This document shows, in pieces, positions 1-9,243 of a stretch of 47,712 nucleotides of DNA. Position 1 is the first letter of the stretch, and the number at the start of each line of letters is the position of its first letter. The stretch is from a virus (Duplodnaviria; Caudoviricetes): the IMG/VR virus record IMGVR_UViG_3300030613_000016, positions 1-47,712 of that record, one strand, 5' to 3'. Position numbers and translations under genes: made by a program. The notes under the pieces were generated by a model. That model had not been told where the DNA came from and made no database searches. It worked only from the letters and a program-made list of their open reading frames with translations.

Positions 1-19
1 AATTCAAGACAAGAAAAGA

Positions 20-385
20 ATGAAAACAGATTATATAAAATTTAATCAATATTTAAAAACTATACCCGTAGGACTCTTGGGTTGGTTAGCAGGATTTTGG
101 GAAGGAGAAGGACACATCGGACAACATAAAAATATAAATTTTAACTATACATTTACAATTTCTCAAAAAGATTTAACTTCTTTATATAGAATTAAAAATC
201 TTTTAAAAGTTGGTAATGTTGCAAGAGTAAGATACAAAAATATTAAGATTGGGAGATATAATTTATATTCATCAGGAAAAATATTAGCTTTAGTTGAATT
301 ATTTTTAAAAATTATTAAAGGTAATCATCGCCAAAAACAACTTAAAAAAGTTTATAAATTTTTGAGGAAAATTAAATGTTTTTAA
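20..385 (+). CDS. LAGLIDADG homing endonuclease (single motif)
   Basis: Motif WLAGFWEGEGHI followed by FTISQKD; basic 121 aa. Confidence 0.85.
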   Translation: MKTDYIKFNQYLKTIPVGLLGWLAGFWEGEGHIGQHKNINFNYTFTISQKDLTSLYRIKNLLKVGNVARVRYKNIKIGRYNLYSSGKILALVELFLKIIKGNHRQKQLKKVYKFLRKIKCF

Positions 386-648
386 AAATTCTTTTAATTT
401 TTGGATTTGGGGTTTTAGAGACAATGCTTTTTACCGGATGGAGTTTAGCTGCAAACCAAAAAAAAGTAATTTTATCTTCCATATTAATGACAACTTATAT
501 GATTATTTATTTGAGTATTATTGATATGGCATTTAAAGATAGTGATACTTTATTAATGATAAGTGTTTATGCTTTTGCTTGCGGTATAGGAAATGCTATA
601 AGAGTTTATTGGGAAAAGAGAAAAAATGAAAACAGTAAGGTCATATAA
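376..648 (+). CDS. small membrane protein
   Basis: Three hydrophobic segments; overlaps both neighbours. Confidence 0.6.
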   Translation: MFLKILLIFGFGVLETMLFTGWSLAANQKKVILSSILMTTYMIIYLSIIDMAFKDSDTLLMISVYAFACGIGNAIRVYWEKRKNENSKVI

Positions 649-1363
649 TAAACTTATAACAGAAATAATTAATCTTAATCTTCCTTTTAAGATTGAGATA
701 ATTGGATATGTAGATTATGATAAAATTTATCCAATGTTAGCATTGAAATTAGTTTCTAAAATGGCACAGAAAACTATAATTTTAACAGGTGGACATCATG
801 GAGAAGAATCTTATGCAATTAATGTTTTACTCCAATGGTTGAAACAACCGATAATGTTTCCTGATTTTAATTATTATGTTTTTCCAGTTTGTAATCCTTA
901 TGGTTATGAAAAAAATTATAGAAATAATGGTAATCGTCAAGAAACAAATAATGATACTCATTTTATGAAAAATTCAAAAGTACCAGAATTAGCAATTTTA
1001 TTTGAAGAATTTCCAAGAACTGCGGATTTATATTTAGATATTCATGGAGATACAGGCAAAAGTGGAGTTTATTGTTATGAACACAAATCAGAAAATATTC
1101 CATCAATCGCAGAAAAAGCATTAATAGAAAATGATAATATTATTCCTTATTTAAAAGCTAAAACTATTTATGGGAGTCCTTTACAAAATGGTGTAATTGT
1201 GCCACCAAAATATGATATTGGTCTGGAAGGTTTTCTTGAAAAATTAGGAGTAAAATATTCTCTCGCTTTAGAATTACCCAAAAATATGGAAGGACAGAAA
1301 ATGGTGCAAGGTGGAATAGCGATTATTAATAGTATTTTAAAATATTTTAAAGAGGTTAAATAA
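626..1363 (+). CDS. M14-family zinc carboxypeptidase / succinylglutamate desuccinylase-like
   Basis: GGHHGEE (HxxE), PVCNPYGY, LDIHG and C-terminal LELP. Confidence 0.8.
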   Translation: MKTVRSYNKLITEIINLNLPFKIEIIGYVDYDKIYPMLALKLVSKMAQKTIILTGGHHGEESYAINVLLQWLKQPIMFPDFNYYVFPVCNPYGYEKNYRNNGNRQETNNDTHFMKNSKVPELAILFEEFPRTADLYLDIHGDTGKSGVYCYEHKSENIPSIAEKALIENDNIIPYLKAKTIYGSPLQNGVIVPPKYDIGLEGFLEKLGVKYSLALELPKNMEGQKMVQGGIAIINSILKYFKEVK

Positions 1364-1552
1364 ATGAAAAAAGAAATCAAATGTACAGAATGTGGAGAAA
1401 TGTACAATAGCGAGTATATTTGTGATACTTGCGGTAAAAAAGAAGAATTATGTTTTATGATTGCATTAAGGATTGATTTAGATGAATATCATTTTTGTTC
1501 TTATCAATGTTTACTTCAATTTATTGTAGCAGAATTAAAAAAGGAGAAATAA
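1364..1552 (+). CDS. small zinc-finger protein
   Basis: CxxC, CxxC and HFCSYQC motifs. Confidence 0.6.
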   Translation: MKKEIKCTECGEMYNSEYICDTCGKKEELCFMIALRIDLDEYHFCSYQCLLQFIVAELKKEK

Positions 1553-2239
1553 ATGATTAAAAAATTTTTATTAACTTTAATAGTATTAACAATGTTTTTA
1601 ACATCCACTTTTGCAGTTACAGAAAAAGAAGTAAAGGAAATGGAAAATAATATAAAAGCAAAAGAACTTGAGCCATATATTGTTCAACTAATAGCAATAG
1701 GTTTTGACTTTACCAGTTGCTCTGGAGTATTACTTTCAAATGAAGAATATAATGCAACAGTTTTGACTTGTAAACATTGTATATCTTCAACATTTGAAAT
1801 GTATGCAGATGATGTTAAAGTATCAACGATTCATACTGCTGTAAAAGATGATTTAGCTTATTTAGTTTTAGAAAGACCTATAAAAAATAAAAAAGCAGCA
1901 AGAATAGCGACAAATAAACCCAAATTAGAAGAAGATATTTTTATGTTAGGTAGACCAGGTATGACAATTACATATTATAAATCAGGAATTATTAAAAAAT
2001 ATACAGATAATTGGGGTTTCGCTAAATTAGATGTTATTGGTGGATGTTCAGGAACTGGTATATTTAATAAAGATAATGAATTAGTAGGTATTGTTTGGGG
2101 AGCATATTCTGAAGGAACTGAAGGAGCAAGTTTTTTTTCACCAGGTATTGGTGGTATTGGTATTGGAATTTTTGAACCATTACCTGATATTCAAAATTTT
2201 ATAAATACATTACGTAAAATTTTAAAAAATAAATTATAA
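1553..2239 (+). CDS. secreted trypsin-like serine protease
   Basis: Signal peptide; LTCKHC (His), DLAYL (Asp), GGCSGTGIFN (Ser), ELVGI. Confidence 0.85.
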   Translation: MIKKFLLTLIVLTMFLTSTFAVTEKEVKEMENNIKAKELEPYIVQLIAIGFDFTSCSGVLLSNEEYNATVLTCKHCISSTFEMYADDVKVSTIHTAVKDDLAYLVLERPIKNKKAARIATNKPKLEEDIFMLGRPGMTITYYKSGIIKKYTDNWGFAKLDVIGGCSGTGIFNKDNELVGIVWGAYSEGTEGASFFSPGIGGIGIGIFEPLPDIQNFINTLRKILKNKL

Positions 2240-2241
2240 AA

Positions 2242-2931
2242 ATGGAAAATAAAAGATTAAAATATACTACATATTTGGCAGGGGCTATAGAGGCAGTATC
2301 TAACAAAGAAATGAAATCTTGGAGAAAAGAAGTTGCTGAAAAATTGACATCTCCAGATTTAGGAATTTATGACCCTGTTGAACAAGAATCAAATAAAGTA
2401 GGAAAAGAATCTGGTAAGCAAGTAGAATATATAACAGGATTAAAACAAGGGGGGCATTGGGAAATATTCTTTGAAGAAATGAGAAAAATTTGGTGGGGGA
2501 AAATAGATATTAAGAAATTAGACAAAATCAGATTATTAATTTATCTTTATGAAAAAGCGAGATTAGAAGGAAATTATTTAACTGATTTTCAATTTTGGGG
2601 AGATTATGAGGCAACAGTTCGTTCAGATTTTATTATTACTTACTATCCAAAAGACATTAGAACAGTAGGAACATTAAATGAAGTGCATACTTGTTATTTA
2701 TTTGGGATACCTGTTTATTTAATTCTTCCCGACCATCCAAAAACAGAAGCTAATTCTACACTAATAGATGAAACTATAGAATCTGGTGGAGAAATTTTTT
2801 ACAGTATAAATGAGGCATGTAATTTTATAAAAGAAAAATATCATTTAAAAGAACCTAAAGAAATTAAAGAAGAAAAAATAGAGAAAAAAGAAGAACCTAA
2901 ATTAGAAGAAAAGAAAGAGGAGAAGAAATAA
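2242..2931 (+). CDS. nucleoside 2-deoxyribosyltransferase-like / nucleotide N-glycosidase
   Basis: YLAGAIE...WR, YDP, SDFII, GTLNEV...IPVY. Confidence 0.7.
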   Translation: MENKRLKYTTYLAGAIEAVSNKEMKSWRKEVAEKLTSPDLGIYDPVEQESNKVGKESGKQVEYITGLKQGGHWEIFFEEMRKIWWGKIDIKKLDKIRLLIYLYEKARLEGNYLTDFQFWGDYEATVRSDFIITYYPKDIRTVGTLNEVHTCYLFGIPVYLILPDHPKTEANSTLIDETIESGGEIFYSINEACNFIKEKYHLKEPKEIKEEKIEKKEEPKLEEKKEEKK

Positions 2932-3104
2932 TGTTATTTTGTGCTATTGAAGGCGACTCATCTTCTTTTTGTAGATTTTTTAATTCATCAAATAGGAAAT
3001 GTATGAAATTTAAAAAATTATTAAGATTACATAAAGATTCTTTTAATAGAAATATCATTGTATTATGTAGAGATTGTGAAAAATACAAGGAGACCCATGC
3101 CTAA
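2931..3104 (+). CDS. small Cys-rich hypothetical protein (not in ORF track)
   Basis: TAATG-coupled ORF MLFCAIEGDSSSFCRFF...LCRDCEKYKETHA. Confidence 0.5.
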   Translation: MLFCAIEGDSSSFCRFFNSSNRKCMKFKKLLRLHKDSFNRNIIVLCRDCEKYKETHA

Positions 3105-3504
3105 ATTTGATAAAGTAAAAGATTCAGGAAAAAGACAAGAATTTAAAACAGGTAGTGTGAGAGATACCAATATTGGTAAAGGTCGCTATGATTTAATCAG
3201 TCCTCTTATGCTTCAAAGATTAGCTAAACATTTTGAAAATGGTGCAGTTAAGTATGGTGATAGGAATTGGGAAAAAGGTCAACCACTATCTCGTTATTTT
3301 GATAGTGCAATTAGACATCTTTATAAACATTTAGAGGGGCAAAGAGATGAAGACCATTTAGCTGCTGCAATTTGGAACGTAGGAGCAATAATACATACAG
3401 AAGAATTAATTGAACGAGGTCTTTTACCAAAAGAATTAAATGACCTCCCAAATTATTTAAAAAAAGAAGATAGACCATTTATAATTACTGGAAAAGAAAA
3501 ATGA
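3097..3504 (+). CDS. dATP/dGTP diphosphohydrolase domain protein (DUF5664-like)
   Basis: GKGRYDLI, GAVKYGDRNWEKG, SAIRHL, DHLAAAIWN; SD AAGGAG before ATG 3097 (track start 3058 is probably too early). Confidence 0.85.
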   Translation: MPKFDKVKDSGKRQEFKTGSVRDTNIGKGRYDLISPLMLQRLAKHFENGAVKYGDRNWEKGQPLSRYFDSAIRHLYKHLEGQRDEDHLAAAIWNVGAIIHTEELIERGLLPKELNDLPNYLKKEDRPFIITGKEK

Positions 3505-4010
3505 AAAGAATTCATATAGGACAAAACAATCCCAATTATAAACATGGAAAATACTGTATAAATAACACATATTATTGTTTGATTTGCAAAACAAAAATAA
3601 CTTACCAGATTAATATGTCAGGATTATGTAAACATTGTGCCTGGATAAGAAGATTTAAAAATCCCAAGAATCATCCAATGTATGGTAAATCTGCAAATTG
3701 GAAAAGAATAAAATACCAAGGAATTTGGATGTGTAGTACTTGGGAAGTTGCCTATGCAAAATATTTAGATAAAAAGAAAATAAAATGGCTTTATGAATCC
3801 AAAACATTTGATTTAGGAGAAACTACTTATACCCCCGACTTTTATTTACCAGAAAGCGATACTTATGTAGAAATAAAAGGATGGACAAGAAAAGATTTTA
3901 TTAAAAAACTTAGGAAATTTAAAAAATTATATAAGCATATCAAATTAAAAATATTAGATAAAAATAATAAAGAATTAGTAAAAATTTTAAAAAAATATAA
4001 TGACAGATAA
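3501..4010 (+). CDS. homing endonuclease, NUMOD-type repeats plus PD-(D/E)XK nuclease
   Basis: GQNNPNYKHG, NHPMYGK; STWE...YTPDFYL...YVEIKGW. Confidence 0.8.
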   Translation: MKRIHIGQNNPNYKHGKYCINNTYYCLICKTKITYQINMSGLCKHCAWIRRFKNPKNHPMYGKSANWKRIKYQGIWMCSTWEVAYAKYLDKKKIKWLYESKTFDLGETTYTPDFYLPESDTYVEIKGWTRKDFIKKLRKFKKLYKHIKLKILDKNNKELVKILKKYNDR

Positions 4011-4293
4011 ACTTTTTATAGCATGTGTAATATTTTTTGTTATTGATTTATGTTTTGTAGGAACAACTACTGTTTTTGTTGTAAAATTAGTAAGAAAAAT
4101 ATTAAATGAAAAATCAATGTTAGAAGAAATTAAAAAAATAATAAATACAAAATATAATAGAGATTTTATTGAAAAAGGAAATGAATCTCTCTGCAAACAT
4201 TGTGGTGGAGATTTAAGTATTAGGAATCCAAAAGGTTATTGCGACCACTTATATTATCCAGAAAATTGTGAAATTTGTAAAAAGAAAGAATAA
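4000..4293 (+). CDS. membrane-anchored zinc-binding hypothetical protein
   Basis: N-terminal TM helix; CKHC...CDH...CEIC. Confidence 0.55.
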   Translation: MTDKLFIACVIFFVIDLCFVGTTTVFVVKLVRKILNEKSMLEEIKKIINTKYNRDFIEKGNESLCKHCGGDLSIRNPKGYCDHLYYPENCEICKKKE

Positions 4294-4527
4294 ATGTCAG
4301 ACCCAAAACAAGAAAAAAAAGAAGTTAAATTACCAGAAAATGTTTCGGTAGATTATACTTTTGAAAGAATGTTAAAATCTTTTATTAAACAAGTTGAAAA
4401 AGATGGAGTATTACAAGAAATTAGAGATAGACGTTATTATCAAAAACCCAGTGTAATAAGACATAAATTATTAGGAACTATTAAAAGAAAACAAAAATTA
4501 CAAAGAAGAAGAAAAAGGAATAAATAA
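4294..4527 (+). CDS. rpsU: phage-encoded ribosomal protein bS21
   Basis: FERMLKSFIKQVEKDGVLQEIRDRRYYQKPS followed by a basic tail matches the bS21 consensus. Confidence 0.85.
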   Translation: MSDPKQEKKEVKLPENVSVDYTFERMLKSFIKQVEKDGVLQEIRDRRYYQKPSVIRHKLLGTIKRKQKLQRRRKRNK

Positions 4528-4712
4528 AAATGAAATATAAATCTGAAAGAATAAAAGGCTGTTTAATCATTAAATCTAGAAGTGGAGATACTTTATTAGA
4601 AAGAATTAATAGAAAATGCAGAGATAAAAATATTATAAATTTACAATTTATTCATGATAAAATATATTATGTCTTTATATTATATAAATAAAAAAACAAA
4701 AAGGAGAAGATA

Positions 4713-5159
4713 ATGAAAATTGATTATTTTATAGATGCAGAAGGATTAGAAAAATTATTAACAGACTATAAAGATATTTTTGACATGGTGGATGATTTTG
4801 GGCAACAATTAATACAAGGAATTCCAAATACTCCCGATGATTATAAAGAAATTTTAGATAAACTAACAGGTGCATTTATTTCTCTTGAGCCTCTTTATAC
4901 TCAAGCTGAAGCCAAGAAATTAAATGAGGAATTACAGGCTTATGTTACTGCCAAAAGAGAATTAGAAGCAAAGGGAGAAAAAGTGGTTGCTGCGTCTTTG
5001 GAAAAGGAATCTTCATTAGCAGTAGCAGATTATAGAAGAATTAGAGCAATTCTTGAAGGCTATGTAGAATCATGTGCAAAAGCAATTGGTACATGCCAGA
5101 CACAGCTAAAAAGGTTAGAAATGGAATACAAAAATAGGAATACAAAAATAAATGAATAG
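4713..5159 (+). CDS. helical hypothetical protein, possibly UvsY-like recombination mediator
   Basis: SD AAGGAG; all-helical coiled-coil 148 aa; function is a guess from size and context. Confidence 0.35.
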   Translation: MKIDYFIDAEGLEKLLTDYKDIFDMVDDFGQQLIQGIPNTPDDYKEILDKLTGAFISLEPLYTQAEAKKLNEELQAYVTAKRELEAKGEKVVAASLEKESSLAVADYRRIRAILEGYVESCAKAIGTCQTQLKRLEMEYKNRNTKINE

Positions 5160-5373
5160 ATTAATTACTCTTTATTGTGATTGTCCAGAACACAAAGTTG
5201 AAATAGAAGAATTTACTATTGGTAAAATAGAAGGTTCTTTTATGAGTATTTGTATTTATAATCATTGGTCGGGGAAAACTGGAAAGTTATTTAAAAAACC
5301 AAAATTATTAGCAGATGTAATTCTTAATCCAGAACAAACCAAATTATTTAAGAGTGCATTTAAAAATGAATAA
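5152..5373 (+). CDS. hypothetical protein
   Basis: Coupled ORF with CDCPEH motif. Confidence 0.55.
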   Translation: MNRLITLYCDCPEHKVEIEEFTIGKIEGSFMSICIYNHWSGKTGKLFKKPKLLADVILNPEQTKLFKSAFKNE

Positions 5374-5465
5374 AAATACTTTTAATGGATTGGCTTTAGT
5401 TGTTTTACCTGTAATTATGTTTATTGGAATTTTTGTATGTCTTTATGAAGAAATAAAGGAAATTT

Positions 5466-5594
5466 ATGAAAAAACATTATAACGTAGGCAAAAATAATTC
5501 CATGTATGGAAGTCATAGATGTGGCAAAGAGAACCCAAATTATAGACATGGACATACATTAATAAAACAAAAATGTACAAGATGTGGTAATTAA
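5466..5594 (+). pseudogene. truncated NUMOD3-type homing endonuclease remnant
   Basis: MKKHYNVGKNNSMYG...GKENPNYRHG...CTRCGN* stops before any nuclease domain. Confidence 0.65.
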
Positions 5595-5617
5595 ACAAGT
5601 GAATATAGAAGAAAATT

Positions 5618-6358
5618 ATGAGAAAATTAATAGTTATAGACCACGCCAATATTATGTTTAAATCTATTTTTGCTTGGAGAAATAGTCCAATGATGCCAGT
5701 AACTTATTTATATTTAAGTCAAATTACTGGATATTTGAAGAAAATTGGAATAACATTAGATGATACTATAATTGTGGCACAAGATTATGGTTCTTGGCGT
5801 AAAGACATTTGCAAAGAATATAAAGCCCAACGAAAAGAATTTAGAGAATCAAAAGAAGATGATTCTTTTTGGCAAGAAATGTATAAAGAATTTAATGAAC
5901 TAATTATTAAATTAGATGAATGTTTACCCTGGCATTTTCCCAAAATATATAAAATGGAATATGACGATTTGGCTTCTGTTGCTATTAGATATTTAAATGG
6001 ATATGATGAAAAAATAATAGTTTCAAGTGATGAAGATTTACAGCAATTATGTGTAACTCCAAACGTTAAAGTATTTTCTCCATATACCAAAAAATACAAA
6101 ATCGTAAAAAATCCAGAAAAAATACTTTTAAAAAAGATTCGTGGGGATAAAGTTGATAATTTACTTACAGTTCCGCAGACAGAATCAGAATGGGAAAAAA
6201 GAAAAATGATTGTTGACCTCAATCATTTACCACTTCACATTGAACAGATTATTAGACCCGTATTAGAAACTTTACCCATAAAAAATATTTATCTTAATAA
6301 AATTCCATATCGTAGTATTAGAACTAAAATTGCACAAATCTATAAACTGGAGGACTAA
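5618..6358 (+). CDS. 5'-3' exonuclease / T4 RNase H-like flap nuclease
   Basis: IVID, SWRK..YKAQR, EYDD, SSDEDLQQL, GDKVDNL. Confidence 0.9.
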   Translation: MRKLIVIDHANIMFKSIFAWRNSPMMPVTYLYLSQITGYLKKIGITLDDTIIVAQDYGSWRKDICKEYKAQRKEFRESKEDDSFWQEMYKEFNELIIKLDECLPWHFPKIYKMEYDDLASVAIRYLNGYDEKIIVSSDEDLQQLCVTPNVKVFSPYTKKYKIVKNPEKILLKKIRGDKVDNLLTVPQTESEWEKRKMIVDLNHLPLHIEQIIRPVLETLPIKNIYLNKIPYRSIRTKIAQIYKLED

Positions 6359-7296
6359 TGATAATGTTAAAGGTAATTAAAAAAATAATAAAAGCATTAT
6401 GTTGGGTTTGCAAAGGAAAAAAATGTAAAGTATGTCATAATACAGGTAATTGGGAAGAGAGTATTTATTATCATATTATAACTGATAAAAATGGTAATAA
6501 ATATTGTTTTGATGGTGATACTATTAAATAGAAGAAAAAGATGAAAAAAATTATATTTTTAATTTTATTGATTTTAACATTATCGGGTTGTACTATCAGT
6601 ATTAATAATCAAAAAGAAAAAATTATAGAAATTTTATAGCAAGTTATGATTTGGGTTATAATTGTGGTAAAAATAATGAAGATTATATTAAATATAAAAC
6701 AAATTAATTGAAATACTTGAGAGGAGATTATAAATGAATAAATATAAACTTCAAAAATGTAGATGTGGAGAATTTTTAAAAGTTTATGAGGAAAAGAATG
6801 GAGTTGTAAATATTGTAGATTTTACTAATCATCTTATTAATTATTTTAAAAGGAAAGCAAAAAAGGAGAAAAATAATGAGAATGTCAATAGGAACTTTAT
6901 TATATAAAATATCAAAAATATTTTATAATTTGGCAATGAAATTAGGATTTTATTTAGATAAATAAGGAGAACGAAAAATGAAAATCAGGAAAGGTCAAAA
7001 TGTAACAGTAATTTTAGAAGCAAAAATACCAAAATCTTATATTCAAAAAGAAATAATAAAATTAGCTAAAATTGGATTATCTTTAGGAAAATATAATTGG
7101 TATATTCCAAAAAACGGAGTAAAAATACAATGAATAAAGCGACAGTAATAAGGAAGGGATTTACACTTTATCTTAAAGTTACTGGAGAACCTTTAGATAA
7201 ACCAGTTTATTTTGAAATACAATCTTATGCTACTAAAGGAATAAAAGAAATAGTAACTTTAACAGAAGAATTTAATATTGATTTAAGTGGAAGAAA

Positions 7297-7524
7297 ATGA
7301 TAGAATTAGATAAATTATTACATCTATATGCTTGTGCAATTCTAATATTAGGAATTACATTTTGTACACAAAAATTAATATTAGGAATATTAATTACATT
7401 ACTTATTGCATTAGGTAAAGAATTTTATGATGGATATTTTGGTACAGAATTTGATTTAGTTGATATTGTATTTGATATATTTGGAATAATAATTGGAGTA
7501 TTAATTATAGATTTTTTTAAGTAA
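7297..7524 (+). CDS. VanZ-like small membrane protein
   Basis: DKLLH...GKEFYD...DIVFDIFG pattern with TM helices. Confidence 0.6.
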   Translation: MIELDKLLHLYACAILILGITFCTQKLILGILITLLIALGKEFYDGYFGTEFDLVDIVFDIFGIIIGVLIIDFFK

Positions 7525-7549
7525 TTAAATTTTTAAAAGGAGGAAAGAA

Positions 7550-7819
7550 ATGAAAAAAATAATAATATTTATTATCGCTTTGATGCTTTTAGTAACATCA
7601 ATAAATAATGTTTTTGCTTGTTCTGTTAAATATGCTAAAAAATTTGAGGGAAAAAATGTTACTCTTTATTTGAATGAAGATTTACATTTTGTAAAAATTA
7701 ATGTCCAAATAATTAAAGTGATTGATGAAAATTACTGCTATTTTAGAGATTTGCGAACTCATGCAGTATATTCCATTTGGTTACAATTTATAGATAAAAT
7801 AGAAGAAATTTTATATTGA
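7550..7819 (+). CDS. secreted hypothetical protein
   Basis: SD AGGAGG; signal peptide; beta-rich body. Confidence 0.6.
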   Translation: MKKIIIFIIALMLLVTSINNVFACSVKYAKKFEGKNVTLYLNEDLHFVKINVQIIKVIDENYCYFRDLRTHAVYSIWLQFIDKIEEILY

Positions 7820-8442
7820 TTTATCTGGGAGGAAATAAATTGGCTAAAAAGAATCAATATTTAGATAAAAATCCAAATTGGAAGGGTGGTTTCCCCGAAT
7901 GTATTAATTGTGGAAAAAATCTTTCTAATAAGCACTCTAAAACCAAATTATGTATGAAATGTTTTAATTTAACCCAGAGGGGAATCAATCATAAAAGTGG
8001 ACTTCCGAAATGTGTAGATTGTGGCAAAGAAGTAAGTAATTATAATAATAAACGATGTAGAAAATGTTATATAAAATTTAATAAAGGTGAAAATCATCCA
8101 ATGTATGGAATTTATAGATTTGGTAAAAATGCTCCTTGTTGGATAGATGGTCGTTCTTTTAAACCATATAGTAAAGAATTTACAGTAGAATTAAAAGAAC
8201 AAATCCGCAAACGTGATAATTATAAATGTCAAAATTGCTTTATGACAGAAGAAGAACATTTAATAGTAATAGGATATAATTTAATTCCACATCATATAGA
8301 TTATAATAAACAAAATTGTAATAAAAATAATTTAATTACATTATGTTTATCTTGTAATTTAAGAGCAAATTATAATAGAGATTATTGGAAAGAATATTAT
8401 AATAAAAAAATAAAGGAGGTAATAAATGTCTCAAGAAACTAA
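7816..8442 (+). CDS. HNH homing endonuclease with Zn-finger/NUMOD3 repeats
   Basis: GENHPMYG, IRKRDNYKCQ, HHIDYNK..C...NLITLC; true start may be the TTG after GGAGG near 7840. Confidence 0.9.
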   Translation: MIYLGGNKLAKKNQYLDKNPNWKGGFPECINCGKNLSNKHSKTKLCMKCFNLTQRGINHKSGLPKCVDCGKEVSNYNNKRCRKCYIKFNKGENHPMYGIYRFGKNAPCWIDGRSFKPYSKEFTVELKEQIRKRDNYKCQNCFMTEEEHLIVIGYNLIPHHIDYNKQNCNKNNLITLCLSCNLRANYNRDYWKEYYNKKIKEVINVSRN

Positions 8443-8971
8443 AGGAAAAATCTTGGCAAAAAAAGGTGATAACAAAGCATTTAAACTTGATGATGGTAAT
8501 TGGTACAATTTAAATGATAATGTTATACCTTATTTAGAAAAAATGAGTAAAGGAGATGAGGTTGTAGTTACTTTTGAAAAGAAAGGTGTATCAAGATATG
8601 TATCTAAATTAGCAAATGCAGGAGCCACAGAAATTGCAAAAACAGAAGTTAGAGAATCCGCCACAGGTTATGTATGTGAAGTTTGTAATGCTCCTTTAAA
8701 AGATGGCAGATTTAAAATTTGTTACATGTGTAATAAAAAAGGATTAAAACCAGAAGCTAAAAAAGAAGAAGCATCAAAAACTTATGAAAAAAAAGAATAC
8801 AAAACTAATTATGGGTCTCCAGAAGATATAGCAGGTAAAGAAGTAGGTTGTTCATTAGGTGCAGCAGCCACAGCAGCAAGTGGAACAGCTTTTAATGACC
8901 CAGAGACTTGTACTCAATTTGTATTAGAGGTAGCAGAAAGATTATTGGATTGGATGAGGTCTAAAAAATAA
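8426..8971 (+). CDS. putative ssDNA-binding (OB-like) protein with zinc ribbon
   Basis: N-terminal beta-rich AFKLDDGNWY...KGDEVVVTFE; CEVC...CYMC; strong SD AAGGAGGT. Confidence 0.45.
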   Translation: MSQETKGKILAKKGDNKAFKLDDGNWYNLNDNVIPYLEKMSKGDEVVVTFEKKGVSRYVSKLANAGATEIAKTEVRESATGYVCEVCNAPLKDGRFKICYMCNKKGLKPEAKKEEASKTYEKKEYKTNYGSPEDIAGKEVGCSLGAAATAASGTAFNDPETCTQFVLEVAERLLDWMRSKK

Positions 8972-9243
8972 AATGAAAAAATTATTATGTTATTTATTTG
9001 GACATTGTTATTTTATAATTACCAGAATTGATAATGGACAATCAATTTATGGTCATTATAAATGCCAACGTTGTGGAAAAGAAGAAATGTATCAGTATGA
9101 TTATGGATATTAAAAATGAAAAAATGTAAATTTGAACAATGTCAATATGATAATTCTATTTTTTGTATACATTCAAAAAATAAAACACAATTATGTGAAC
9201 CAAAATTTTGTCCATTAAAGAAAAAATCTAAAAAGAGGAAATA

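Noticed and set aside
3097-3504. 2-aminoadenine (Z) genome
   Set aside because: No purZ is visible in the window; the diphosphohydrolase alone is insufficient.
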